IMG/VR virus record: IMGVR_UViG_3300021400_000103
DNA from: a virus
Lineage: Duplodnaviria > Caudoviricetes
Reading direction: 5' to 3' (one strand)
DNA length: 64,000 bases
Shown: piece by piece, positions 18,925-28,784 of the stretch
Layout: each line of letters starts with the position of its first letter
Numbering within the stretch: position 1 is the first letter of the stretch
The notes under the pieces: generated by a model
The model's database searches: none
What the model was told of the DNA's origin: nothing
Seen by the model: the letters and a program-made list of their open reading frames with translations, nothing else
Made by a program: the position numbers and the translations under genes

Positions 18925-18985
18925 GGTTTAAAAAAGCCCCAAATTATTGGCGAAATTAAGATTTTTTGAAAGGAGAATTTGGAAT

Positions 18986-19921
18986 ATGTCCAGAAGTGTG
19001 GCAGATACAGAAACTGGAGAGATAATTGACCATGTAGTTAAGATTGTTACAGAACAGCAGGGAGAACGTAATAAAGAGTATAAAAAAAGACGTGAGCTAT
19101 ATAAAACATTAAACCGCAAATTTGGAAATTTCTTTTTTTATAAATATGACACACTACTCAAAGATATAAATGACAACGTTGCAATCGCTTTTCGATTTCT
19201 GTATATATGCGGATTTGCTGATAAAAATAGTGTTATTAAATTACCAGATGATAGAGTCTGCACAAAAAAAGATCATTTTATAGAATTATTTAATTGTCCA
19301 AAACAAAGTGCATATGATTTTCACGATCAATTATTGAATCATGAATTAATCTATGTTGATTTTGCCGGTCATTATAGAATAAATGAATCCTATTATTCTT
19401 ATGGTATTAATGATGATGGTTTTAAAAAGAACAGTGTTCGTACATTCAACAGAGCTGTTAGAGAACTCTATAATAAGCTTTCTTCAAAACAGCATGCATT
19501 AGGAGGAGAACTTATGAAGTTGGTTCCATATATTAATATCCACAATAATATCCTCTGCACAAATATAACATCAAGCATACAAAATTCTGATGAGGTATTG
19601 ACCAAAGAAGATTTACAACAAATTATTCGCCCAAGTTCTGAATATGGTAAAAAGTTAAGGCTTAAATTAGAGAAGATGACAATTCATGATGAACCCATAA
19701 TTGCTAAAGTAATATCCGGCGAAAGCTATTACTATGTTATGAATCCTCGTTTTTTTTACAGAGGAAATAATATTACAGAATTTAAGGCATTAATAGATCA
19801 GTTTAGTACTGCTACAAATATAACACGTCAAAAAAGAGAGATGAGAAAAAGAAAGGAGTTTTCGAATCATGATCAACAAACAACTCTTCATTCGCTGTAT
19901 CAATTCCCTACAGTATGTTAA
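18986..19921 (+). CDS. putative winged-helix DNA-binding / replication-initiator-like protein
   Basis: AAAGGAG RBS; DTETGEI N-terminus; YYVMNPRFFYRG C-terminal motif typical of Rep-like proteins. Confidence 0.5.
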   Translation: MSRSVADTETGEIIDHVVKIVTEQQGERNKEYKKRRELYKTLNRKFGNFFFYKYDTLLKDINDNVAIAFRFLYICGFADKNSVIKLPDDRVCTKKDHFIELFNCPKQSAYDFHDQLLNHELIYVDFAGHYRINESYYSYGINDDGFKKNSVRTFNRAVRELYNKLSSKQHALGGELMKLVPYINIHNNILCTNITSSIQNSDEVLTKEDLQQIIRPSSEYGKKLRLKLEKMTIHDEPIIAKVISGESYYYVMNPRFFYRGNNITEFKALIDQFSTATNITRQKREMRKRKEFSNHDQQTTLHSLYQFPTVC

Positions 19922-20210
19922 TGATTTCCAAACTGGAGTTAACGAACTGATTCGTAACCACAATAAGCAAAATATCAATGGAGACTATTGTGATCTCGGT
20001 GCGGTTATGTATCCTGACTGTACCAGCGCATTGCTATCACTACTCGAAGAGGTAATGGGTGACACTTCTGGTGACATCTCCTACTTTTGTTACGAACTCG
20101 ACTTCGGCAGAGATTGGCATGAAGGATGTATTACCAACGAAGACGGTACTGACATCAAAATGGCAACCGTAGATGACTTGTGGGATTATTTAACAAGTAA
20201 AGGAGCGTGA
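19869..20210 (+). CDS. conserved phage protein
   Basis: ISYFCYELDFG motif; RBS. Confidence 0.75.
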   Translation: MINKQLFIRCINSLQYVNDFQTGVNELIRNHNKQNINGDYCDLGAVMYPDCTSALLSLLEEVMGDTSGDISYFCYELDFGRDWHEGCITNEDGTDIKMATVDDLWDYLTSKGA

Positions 20211-20216
20211 TGTTTA

Positions 20217-22829
20217 TTGCAGCAACAACGACGAAGTAAATACGGTGTAAAGATTCTGAATTACCAAGCATCTTCGGTGTGGGATAAATCACTAGGTGTT
20301 CGCACTAACTACAATACTACTCCCGCAATGTTAACAAACAGTCTGTTCTTGGATTTCATGTTGGAACACGGACTCAAGGTGAATAGTCAAGGATTTTCCC
20401 GCGATGTAATTTGTCTACAGTTTGATTCAGGATCAGACTCCTATAAAATGGCATTAGACCGCATCAATCAAGCTGTAGAAAAAAACCGTATTGAGCGGAA
20501 ACGTATACGTGCCGGTGGTCATAAATTACAGATTGAAAAGATAGAACGTGCGAAGCACACCATCTCGGAGCGTAAACGGTTTATAGAGCAACATCAGGAT
20601 ATGTTCGACCGGAAGACCGCAAACGAATTACGGGAGATCTACTATGTAAATGGTATTGATATCCAGTATCAAACCAGGGGGGATAGTGTAAGTACCGTCC
20701 ATTATAAGATGTTGTACCGTACCCCGGGTAAGGCCAAGAAGGGAACCGTTATGTTTATACGGGCAGGGTTATGGCGGAAAGCTCACAACTTTCTGTGGAT
20801 GGGGTTAAAGCTGCCAAAGAAGAATGCTCCCATTGTAGAGATCGGCGCCTACTCTTCTCTCGTTACTTCCACCATTGAAGATCGCATCAAGATAGATCCA
20901 TCTGAGATTTTGGTGTTGAAGGACGTAGACTCCACATTTACCACAAATGTGATCAGTATAGAAATAGACGAACAGAAACACTGTCATGCGGTACACCGTA
21001 ATAATTACAAAGTAAAGAACACCCTCTTTGATGGACAGGCGCTGATTGACACTACCATTTTCCCCGAATGGGGAAATGGGTATATACTGTTACGACAACA
21101 CTTCTTTAAAGCCGCAGCATTCTGTTCACATATACAGGATTACTTCCGTAACTACTTTGGCGACGAATATGAAACTGCTACAGTTACTGATATGTGGGGT
21201 AACGAACATCTAGCAAAGGACATCAAGTTGATTACTACGGAGAACGCCATAAAATGGTGCAAGTTTGGAGTCACTTTTGAATATTGGTCAGACCGTGTGC
21301 GTGAGAATGGTTCTCTCTTCGGTATAGTGAAGACAGCCCATGAAAGTAAACTGGGAGACAAACAGCGTATGTCCTACCAGATGGTGAATGCTATGGCTAT
21401 TGAAGACATGGATGATATACTGGCTGATACTAAGGATTATGTGTATAAACTGAAGACGGATGATGAAGTGTTCTTTGACTACCTGCGGCGTAATGCCAAC
21501 TTCTGTAATGACTTTGAAGTTATCCTGGCACTGTGTGAGTGGAATCCGGATTTCATACGGAGTGAGTACTGTGTGGAACGTAGGCAGAATATAGTAAAGG
21601 CATATGTACGGGATGTTAAAGGCGGGCATGTGCTACAAAATGCAGACAATCTGGTGATCGTCGGAAATCCATATGGAATGCTGATGCATGCTGTTGGACT
21701 GAATGCCGAGGATGATCCTACGTTCCAAGTTGAGGATGGATGCATACAGTGTTATACCGAACGGTTTGAGGATGGAGAATATCTGGCAGAGTTTAGGAGT
21801 CCGTTTAACAGTGCTAATAACTTGGGTTATTTACACAATAAACTTCATCCATTGATAAAAAAATATTTTAATTTTGGTAGATTGATAATAGCTGTTAATG
21901 GTATTCACACCCCATTCCAAGACAGAAACAATGGCAGCGATACTGATTCAGATTCGATTTATGTGACAAACCAAACATCCATTGTGGGTCGCGCAAAGTA
22001 TTGTTATAACAATTATCCAACTGTAGTAAATAATATACCTAAAGAAAAGAATATATATGGGAATACGCCAGAACAGTATGCATTGGTTGATAATAAACTT
22101 GCAGCTGCTCAATTAGACATCGGTGAATCTTCAAATGTTGCACAGATAGGATTAAGTTATTCTTATAATGATATGACAGATGTATATGATTATGTAGCCA
22201 TTTTAGCCGTCTTGGCTCAATGTGCAATAGATAATGCAAAACGTTCCTTTGACATAGATATTCACTCAGAAATCCAGCGGATCAAGCAGGAACTCAATAT
22301 TAAATCCATCGGCTATCCTGCATTCTTTGCCGGTATCCGACCCGACCTTCGGAAGAAAGTTAATCCGAATATAGTATGCCCAATGAATTGCGTATACAAG
22401 ATGAAGAATAAAACAGTGCGAACTGATAACATAATAAGCAACTCCGAGTTTTTTGTAAAGCATGATAACAAACTTGATCGCAAAAAATCCCGGAAGGTGG
22501 AAAAGATGATACAGGATTACTCACTGGAAGTATTTAGAACACGCATAGACGATGATACAGAGGCATCTGATTATTTCCTGCTTAGAAGTGATTATGATGA
22601 TTTATTGAACACCCTACGTGGAATTACACTATCTAAAAATTATCTTGGATTAATGTCATGGCTGTTGAACAGAGCGCTTATTATCACCCCGGGACTAAAG
22701 CAAAACAGTGGTCGCATTAATACCAAACTTAGCAAAAACCGTCCATTACTACTCAAGATATTGTGGGATATGAACCCAAAAACATTCAAAAAATGCTTTA
22801 AAAGTTACCCACCTAACAAAAAATCATGA
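20217..22829 (+). CDS. YonO-like single-subunit (RdRP-like fold) DNA-dependent RNA polymerase
   Basis: 870 aa; DGQ, LRQHFFK, FRSP, catalytic NNGSDTDSD, AIDNAK motifs; upstream of HU/terminase as in SPbeta. Confidence 0.85.
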   Translation: MQQQRRSKYGVKILNYQASSVWDKSLGVRTNYNTTPAMLTNSLFLDFMLEHGLKVNSQGFSRDVICLQFDSGSDSYKMALDRINQAVEKNRIERKRIRAGGHKLQIEKIERAKHTISERKRFIEQHQDMFDRKTANELREIYYVNGIDIQYQTRGDSVSTVHYKMLYRTPGKAKKGTVMFIRAGLWRKAHNFLWMGLKLPKKNAPIVEIGAYSSLVTSTIEDRIKIDPSEILVLKDVDSTFTTNVISIEIDEQKHCHAVHRNNYKVKNTLFDGQALIDTTIFPEWGNGYILLRQHFFKAAAFCSHIQDYFRNYFGDEYETATVTDMWGNEHLAKDIKLITTENAIKWCKFGVTFEYWSDRVRENGSLFGIVKTAHESKLGDKQRMSYQMVNAMAIEDMDDILADTKDYVYKLKTDDEVFFDYLRRNANFCNDFEVILALCEWNPDFIRSEYCVERRQNIVKAYVRDVKGGHVLQNADNLVIVGNPYGMLMHAVGLNAEDDPTFQVEDGCIQCYTERFEDGEYLAEFRSPFNSANNLGYLHNKLHPLIKKYFNFGRLIIAVNGIHTPFQDRNNGSDTDSDSIYVTNQTSIVGRAKYCYNNYPTVVNNIPKEKNIYGNTPEQYALVDNKLAAAQLDIGESSNVAQIGLSYSYNDMTDVYDYVAILAVLAQCAIDNAKRSFDIDIHSEIQRIKQELNIKSIGYPAFFAGIRPDLRKKVNPNIVCPMNCVYKMKNKTVRTDNIISNSEFFVKHDNKLDRKKSRKVEKMIQDYSLEVFRTRIDDDTEASDYFLLRSDYDDLLNTLRGITLSKNYLGLMSWLLNRALIITPGLKQNSGRINTKLSKNRPLLLKILWDMNPKTFKKCFKSYPPNKKS

Positions 22830-22955
22830 CTGCCATTAACTAATTTTCTCAATGTTCTTTAGCGTTTTTTGAGGTCGGATTTTCAAGCAAAAAGTAACTT
22901 ATGAAGAGGAAGGCAAAACGTCATCCTCTATCATGAATTACAAGGAGATTCGAAT

Positions 22956-23279
22956 ATGAATAAAACCTATTACTCCTTCGACGACATTGCCGTAGAGGAG
23001 TTTGGAATGAAACCACTAAACATGAGAACGAAGGATAAACAGAAATTAGAGTCACAACGAGAAAAGCTGGAGGGTGTTTGCGTCTATTGCAAACAACGTG
23101 CCAAGTTTATACCCGGCACAAACATCGTGGTGTGTGTTAATCCTTCATGTAAAGGAAAGAAGGTTGTAGTAAAAGGAGATCCGGCGACGGAAGAACCTGA
23201 TTTTGTCAGATACGTCCCGTTTGTGCGGGTTCTTTCAGACAAAGCCGCAGAGATCGGCAACACTATATTTGATGATTAA
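22956..23279 (+). CDS. Zn-finger protein
   Basis: CVYC...CVNPSC. Confidence 0.75.
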   Translation: MNKTYYSFDDIAVEEFGMKPLNMRTKDKQKLESQREKLEGVCVYCKQRAKFIPGTNIVVCVNPSCKGKKVVVKGDPATEEPDFVRYVPFVRVLSDKAAEIGNTIFDD

Positions 23280-23294
23280 AAGGAGCAAAATGAA

Positions 23295-23579
23295 ATGGAT
23301 AGAATTAACTTTTCAACATTCGTAAAGGATGTAGCAAAATATACCGGATATTCACAGAAGAATATCAAAGAGGTGCTGGAAGCAGCGGAGGCTGTGATGG
23401 TTGAGAATCTTAAGAAAGGCAGTAACGTTAAAATTCTGCCGACAGTTAATATTATTGTTAAACAGCGTGACGCATATCAGGGGATTAATCCTCGTACATG
23501 CGAACCAATTCAGATTCCCGCGTCCAAAACAATCAAAGCAAAGTTTTCTACTTCTCTAAAGGAAGTAGTTAATGACTAA
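23295..23579 (+). CDS. hup: HU/IHF-family DNA-binding protein
   Basis: RDAYQGINPRTCEPIQIPASKTIKAKFS. Confidence 0.9.
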   Translation: MDRINFSTFVKDVAKYTGYSQKNIKEVLEAAEAVMVENLKKGSNVKILPTVNIIVKQRDAYQGINPRTCEPIQIPASKTIKAKFSTSLKEVVND

Positions 23580-23597
23580 TATTTGAGTCCCTCCTGT

Positions 23598-23642
23598 ATA
23601 CGTCTCGTGACTACCGTCCTGGTGGTTGCGGGGCGTATTTTT
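23598..23642 (+). terminator. intrinsic terminator
   Basis: ATACGTCTCGTGACTACC/GGTGGTTGCGGGGCGTAT hairpin plus T tract. Confidence 0.7.
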
Positions 23643-23668
23643 CTGGAGTTTGAAAGGAGTTAAAAGGA

Positions 23669-23836
23669 ATGGTAGAGATTACCAAGAACGAAGTTGATTA
23701 TTTATTAGAACATAGATGTTTCTGGCATACTCATATTTTCGCATCTACTACCCGTAGACATTACTATGCCAGAGAGGATAACCGAATACTGAGATTGCTT
23801 GAACAGAAGCGGTCTCATGATTTCAAAGGAGACTGA
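23669..23836 (+). CDS. small hypothetical protein (not in ORF track)
   Basis: 55 aa MVEITKNEVDYLL...; RBS. Confidence 0.6.
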   Translation: MVEITKNEVDYLLEHRCFWHTHIFASTTRRHYYAREDNRILRLLEQKRSHDFKGD

Positions 23837-23839
23837 TCG

Positions 23840-25045
23840 ATGCAATCTTATAATAGAAATCCAGGGGAAACAGAGGAAGAGTTTATCTACCGTGTTTGCT
23901 CTCTGAAGGACGAAATCGGCACATGGGCTGATGTAGCAGATATTCTGAATGATGCTTTAGAACATCGGTATACTGAAAGCGCATACCGGAAGAAGTATCA
24001 ATCGTTTTCAAAGATGATGGATACATGTTACGGCAAAACAGATACCGAGGCAAAATATCTGGCTGATATTGAGCGAACAAAAAATGAATTACGCAAGGAG
24101 CGCATGAAGTTGCAAACTCTTAATTTGGAGCGTAATCGTTTGGATCGAGCTGAGGCTAGGCAGGAACTATATTACGAATATATAGGATCTGTTGTACAAG
24201 CGTTAGATGTGCCAGAGTTCGAGCGTGAGGATTACGGAGTTGAAATATGTAATATGGATTACGTACTCGCTATAGCAGACTGTCATTATGGAGCAACGTT
24301 TAAGACTCCATTTAATGAATACTCTCCCACTATATTCAAACAGAGATTAGGAAGACTTCTCGGTAAAACGATAGCATTTATTCAGGATCGCGGATTAAAG
24401 AATATTACTGTGGTTGGTCTTGGAGATGATGTCCAGGGACTGCTACGCATGACGGATCTACAGCTAAATGATTCTTCCGTAGTTAAGGCTGTGGTTGAGT
24501 ATAGCAGGTATCTGGCAGACTTCCTACGGGAATTATCTAAATATTGCTACGTATACTACTACCACTGTCCTACAGCCAATCATTCTCAATTGCGGTTATT
24601 AAATGCTAAAGCAAATGAATTCGCCGCAGAGGATATGGAATATATTATTGGCAACTATATAGCTGATTTATTAAAAGAAAATCCGCGTTGCGAAGTTGGT
24701 TTGTCGGATGAAAATAGCGAATACATTAAAGTGCCGGTACACGATTTTAATGTAGTGGCTATGCATGGACATCGTATTAAGAATACAGAGTCGGCGATTC
24801 GTGACTTCAGCGATCTTACCGGAGAACAGGTTGATTATCTGCTGATGGGGCATCAGCATGGTAGCAAGGAACTGACTTGTAATTTGCGTGGAGGGTACAA
24901 TACGGAAATATTGGTGGCTCCTTCGTTCATCGGTAGTGATCCGTATAGTGAAACCTTGTTTAAGGGTACGAAACCCGCTTGTAAGATTTTTGGTTTTGAC
25001 CGTAAAGATGGACATACAGAAACCTATAATCTTATCTTAGGGTAG
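23840..25045 (+). CDS. calcineurin-like metallophosphoesterase
   Basis: DCHYG, GLGDD, ANH, MHGH, GHQH motifs. Confidence 0.85.
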   Translation: MQSYNRNPGETEEEFIYRVCSLKDEIGTWADVADILNDALEHRYTESAYRKKYQSFSKMMDTCYGKTDTEAKYLADIERTKNELRKERMKLQTLNLERNRLDRAEARQELYYEYIGSVVQALDVPEFEREDYGVEICNMDYVLAIADCHYGATFKTPFNEYSPTIFKQRLGRLLGKTIAFIQDRGLKNITVVGLGDDVQGLLRMTDLQLNDSSVVKAVVEYSRYLADFLRELSKYCYVYYYHCPTANHSQLRLLNAKANEFAAEDMEYIIGNYIADLLKENPRCEVGLSDENSEYIKVPVHDFNVVAMHGHRIKNTESAIRDFSDLTGEQVDYLLMGHQHGSKELTCNLRGGYNTEILVAPSFIGSDPYSETLFKGTKPACKIFGFDRKDGHTETYNLILG

Positions 25046-25251
25046 AACAGTTCTCGCAAGCCTTCTACGAAAGTAATGCGCAACCTGCGAGACATATAAA
25101 GAACTCCCCACGCCTCTCCACGATGCGTACCACGGGGAGTCATTTAATTTTTTTTGGCCGACGAGGCCGTACCATGCCCACCGAAATTTGCGGATTGACG
25201 GTGAAAGCTCGGCATTTGCCGCAACAGATGTATGAGAAAGGCATTAATTGA

Positions 25252-25324
25252 CGCGGAGCATAACGACGGACGTTTGCCAGCCCCATAAGCTGGAGGTTGC
25301 AGGTTCGAATCCTGCCTCTCGCTA
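25252..25324 (+). tRNA. tRNA-Met(CAT)-like, degenerate
   Basis: CCAGC-CCCATAA-GCTGG anticodon arm; GCAGG-TTCGAAT-CCTGC T-arm; bulged acceptor stem; C33. Confidence 0.6.
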
Positions 25325-25411
25325 ATGTATTGAAGTAAAACAAATGTTTTCTTGTAGGGGCATACGACATGGCGGTCGTATGCTCTGATTTCTTTTTTAT
25401 AAATCGCCAAG

Positions 25412-25500
25412 AAAAACAGAAGACACTCGGAAGTCATGAGCTGGGTGATGTGAGTCTACCTACCTCACTCTTCTGTTTTTTTATTTTTTTTGTAGGTAGA
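25412..25500 (+). promoter_or_regulatory. structured leader (three-way junction with loop-downstream pairing)
   Basis: 12-bp closing stem 25412-25423/25469-25480; loop TCTACCTAC complementary to GTAGGTAGA at 25492-25500. Confidence 0.5.
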
Positions 25501-25551
25501 GAAATAGAGTATGAATGGAAATATTATGAATAAAAGGAAGTAGGTGAAAAT

Positions 25552-26901
25552 GTGGCTACAAAAACCATGAGAAAAGTCGGTGAAAAAATAGTGGCTCCCA
25601 GTAGCGACAAGATTACCGGACTTAGAGATATTAAAAAACAGATTGAAAAGATTAAAGAGCTGTTTGATAAGCTTGAGGACAAAGATCAGATTCAATGTCT
25701 TGAAACAATCGGCGTCGGATCAAAGTACTATACTTGTCAACATTGTAACAAAGTAAAAAAGAAAAGTGACTTCTACTCTTCTACTGCACCAAATTGTGCG
25801 AGTCAGGTGACGGATGGTTGTAAGCAGTGTGCTGCTGAGATTGCCATACCAACTGTACGAGGCGAGAAACAACAGCCAACTAAAAAGACCGTAGATGATG
25901 CTTGTTATTTTCTTAATAAACCAATGCTTGATTCTGTATGGGACGCTTCTCTTCTCGAAGCTGCGAATCAAGCAACCGGAAAGGCGAAGTCGAATGTATG
26001 GACAAGCTATATCAAAAATATAGCTATGCAAAATTACTATACTATGACTTATAGAGATTCGGATAATTATACAGGCGGTATGTTAAGCCTGAATGATATG
26101 GCTGAAGATGCATTACCGAAAGATCAAGAAATACTCGAACAATTTGAAAAAAATAAAAATGATACATTACGGTTGCTTGGTTATCTACCTTTCGAAAAAG
26201 AAAAGTTAGCCGATCAACCGTTTTTATATTCGCAACTTATTGGCTTTTTGGATTCAGATGAAAATGGTAATGATGATATGATGAGAACTTCATCTATTAT
26301 CAGCATTGTGCGTGGATTCTTACAGATAAACCAAATTGATGATATGATTGCTGATTTAGTTCAAGATCCTCGTAATGCAGAAAAGAATATAGCAACAGTT
26401 AAAGCATTACAAGAAATGAAAAAGAATATTACTCTTAATATAACAAAATTTGCAGAGCAGAGTTGTATATCTCTTAAGAATAGTAAAAATGCTACCAAGG
26501 GAGAAAATACATGGACTGGTAAGGTTAAAAAATTAAAGGAGTTAAATCTTCGTGATGCGCAAGTTAATGGATTTGATATTGCGACTTGTCGTGGTATGCA
26601 ACAGGCTCAAGAAATTTCGGACAATTCAATAATGAAGCAGTTAGCTCTAGATGAATCTGAATGGTCAGATATGGTTGCTACAATGCGAACTGATATTGTT
26701 AAACTACGAAAAGAAAGGGATTCTTATAAGGAAATAAACAGAATAATACTTCAAGAAAATTTGGATTTAAAGGATTATCTTGAAGAAAATGAAATGGGTT
26801 CAGAAATTGAATTTAAAAATTTAAGAGACATTTATTCTGTTTTTGCCACTGAAGAATCTGAAGAGGTGGAACAAGATGAACCAGATAGTTCTACCGTATA
26901 A
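25552..26901 (+). CDS. putative terminase small subunit / packaging protein
   Basis: N-terminal CxxC Zn motifs; directly upstream of and overlapping TerL. Confidence 0.6.
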   Translation: MATKTMRKVGEKIVAPSSDKITGLRDIKKQIEKIKELFDKLEDKDQIQCLETIGVGSKYYTCQHCNKVKKKSDFYSSTAPNCASQVTDGCKQCAAEIAIPTVRGEKQQPTKKTVDDACYFLNKPMLDSVWDASLLEAANQATGKAKSNVWTSYIKNIAMQNYYTMTYRDSDNYTGGMLSLNDMAEDALPKDQEILEQFEKNKNDTLRLLGYLPFEKEKLADQPFLYSQLIGFLDSDENGNDDMMRTSSIISIVRGFLQINQIDDMIADLVQDPRNAEKNIATVKALQEMKKNITLNITKFAEQSCISLKNSKNATKGENTWTGKVKKLKELNLRDAQVNGFDIATCRGMQQAQEISDNSIMKQLALDESEWSDMVATMRTDIVKLRKERDSYKEINRIILQENLDLKDYLEENEMGSEIEFKNLRDIYSVFATEESEEVEQDEPDSSTV

Positions 26902-28784
26902 AGATGTAAGTGTTTATGATAAGGATTTTTATAAGGATTACGGAATATTCGTAAAACCTATTGATTATCCTTTGTCAACAAGAAAAATAGAGTCATTATT
27001 AGCTATTGCAGAAATGCAAAAATACTTTCAATGCAATCCGGTAAAATTTATTGACCGAATGTTCAATATAGAACTTTTTGATATGCAGGCTTTAGCAGTA
27101 CAGAGAACATGGATAGTTCCGAATAGCCTATTGGTTTGCACAAGAGGATTTGGAAAGAGTACTCTTATTGATTTAGAATTAATGTCTAAAGATATGCTAT
27201 TTTGTAATTATTGGTCATATATTGCAAGCGGTACCGGTAGTCAGGCAGAAAATACTTTTACCACGTTAGAAAAATTAGCTAATGACAATATTGATACATT
27301 TTCTGGTTCAACTGGAAAAGTATTTAAAAATGAAATAGAAATAAAGAATGCTGCCGGAGACGGATTCAGTCACAGTTCTAACGGATTTAATTATAGTCTA
27401 TATAATGGTTCGATGACTCAGACATTAAACAGTAACGTGGACGCAAAAAGAGGATTTCGCGGCTCCGTTGTATTTGATGAAAGTGGTTTTTTATCGGATG
27501 AATTAATGAATGTATATGGCGCATTTGCCATTGTAAATAAGAGCTTAAAGACTGGCAAGGATGCAAGTGGTAAGTCTATAGATCCTATTAGACAGCGTTG
27601 TTTTCCAGAGGGAATGCCTTATCAAAAGATGTATATTAGTTCTGCTAGTTCGGTAGATACTATGTTTTATAGATTATATAGAGAGTATTCAAAAAGACAA
27701 ATAATGGGTGATCCCGATTATTGTGTTCTTCATTTTGATTGTGATTTAGCATTCGCTCCGACTATTAGAGGTGAAGTTGTTGCTCCACTGCTCTCTCGCT
27801 CTACTGTTGAATCAGAAATGAGAACTAATCCCGAAAAGGCTAGGCGAGAGTACTATTGTATATTTACAACTGAAGCTGGCAGCGATGCAATAGTCAAACG
27901 TGGTGTTATTACACGAAACGAAGAAACACGTAAGCCAATTCATTGTAATGAAACTGGTGATAAGAAATACGGATTGTTTTATGATCCAGCTCGTAAAGTG
28001 GATAACTCATTCATACTTGTGGCTGAGTTTTATGATTTTGTACAAGTAGATGGAAGTATTGATAAAAGAGCAAAGATTGTTAATGGTGTTAATCTTTTGG
28101 ATGTCGGTAAACGAATTAAGAGTCCTATGAGAACACCCGATCAGATTGAATATTTAAAACAAATGATTCTTGATTATAACGCCGGTGCAGATGGATATGA
28201 AAATATTGTTGGCATTTGGATTGACGCTGGTACGGGAGGAGGCGGTGTGAACATAGCCGACTACTTGATGCCAGATTGGGAAACTTCTGATGGTATTATT
28301 CATAGAGGATTAATAGACAAAGAATACTCTGCTGATTATGTTGGAAGATTTCCAAATGCGGTAGATAAGGTTCACCTTATGGAACCGGCTAAATTCAAAT
28401 CTATAATGTATGAAGCACTAATAGAAATGCTTAATCAAGATAAGATTGGTTTCACAAGTACATATGATAATAAAGAATATCTTACTGTATTTGATATTGA
28501 CCAGAAGAAATTAGACAAAGAACGTGAAAGAATAATAGAAGAATTAAAAAAGAAAAAACTAAACGAAAAAGAATTTGAAGATAAGTTACAAGAAGAATTA
28601 GGCAAGGTACAATCAGTTAATACTAAAACTATCAAACTCGATTGGAAAGATAAAATAGCTTTAGCAAATATCGATGCTTTGAAAGAAGAATTGGTTAATA
28701 TGGTGAGAAAAAAAAGGGAGTCCGGTAAGGACTCTTTTGAGTTAACACCAGAAAAAGCCAATAAAATGCATGACGATCGTGCGT
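26876..28784 (+). CDS. terL: terminase large subunit, exon 1
   Basis: Walker A CTRGFGKS, Walker B VVFDESG, nuclease YDPAR; ends HDDRA at the intron. Confidence 0.9.
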
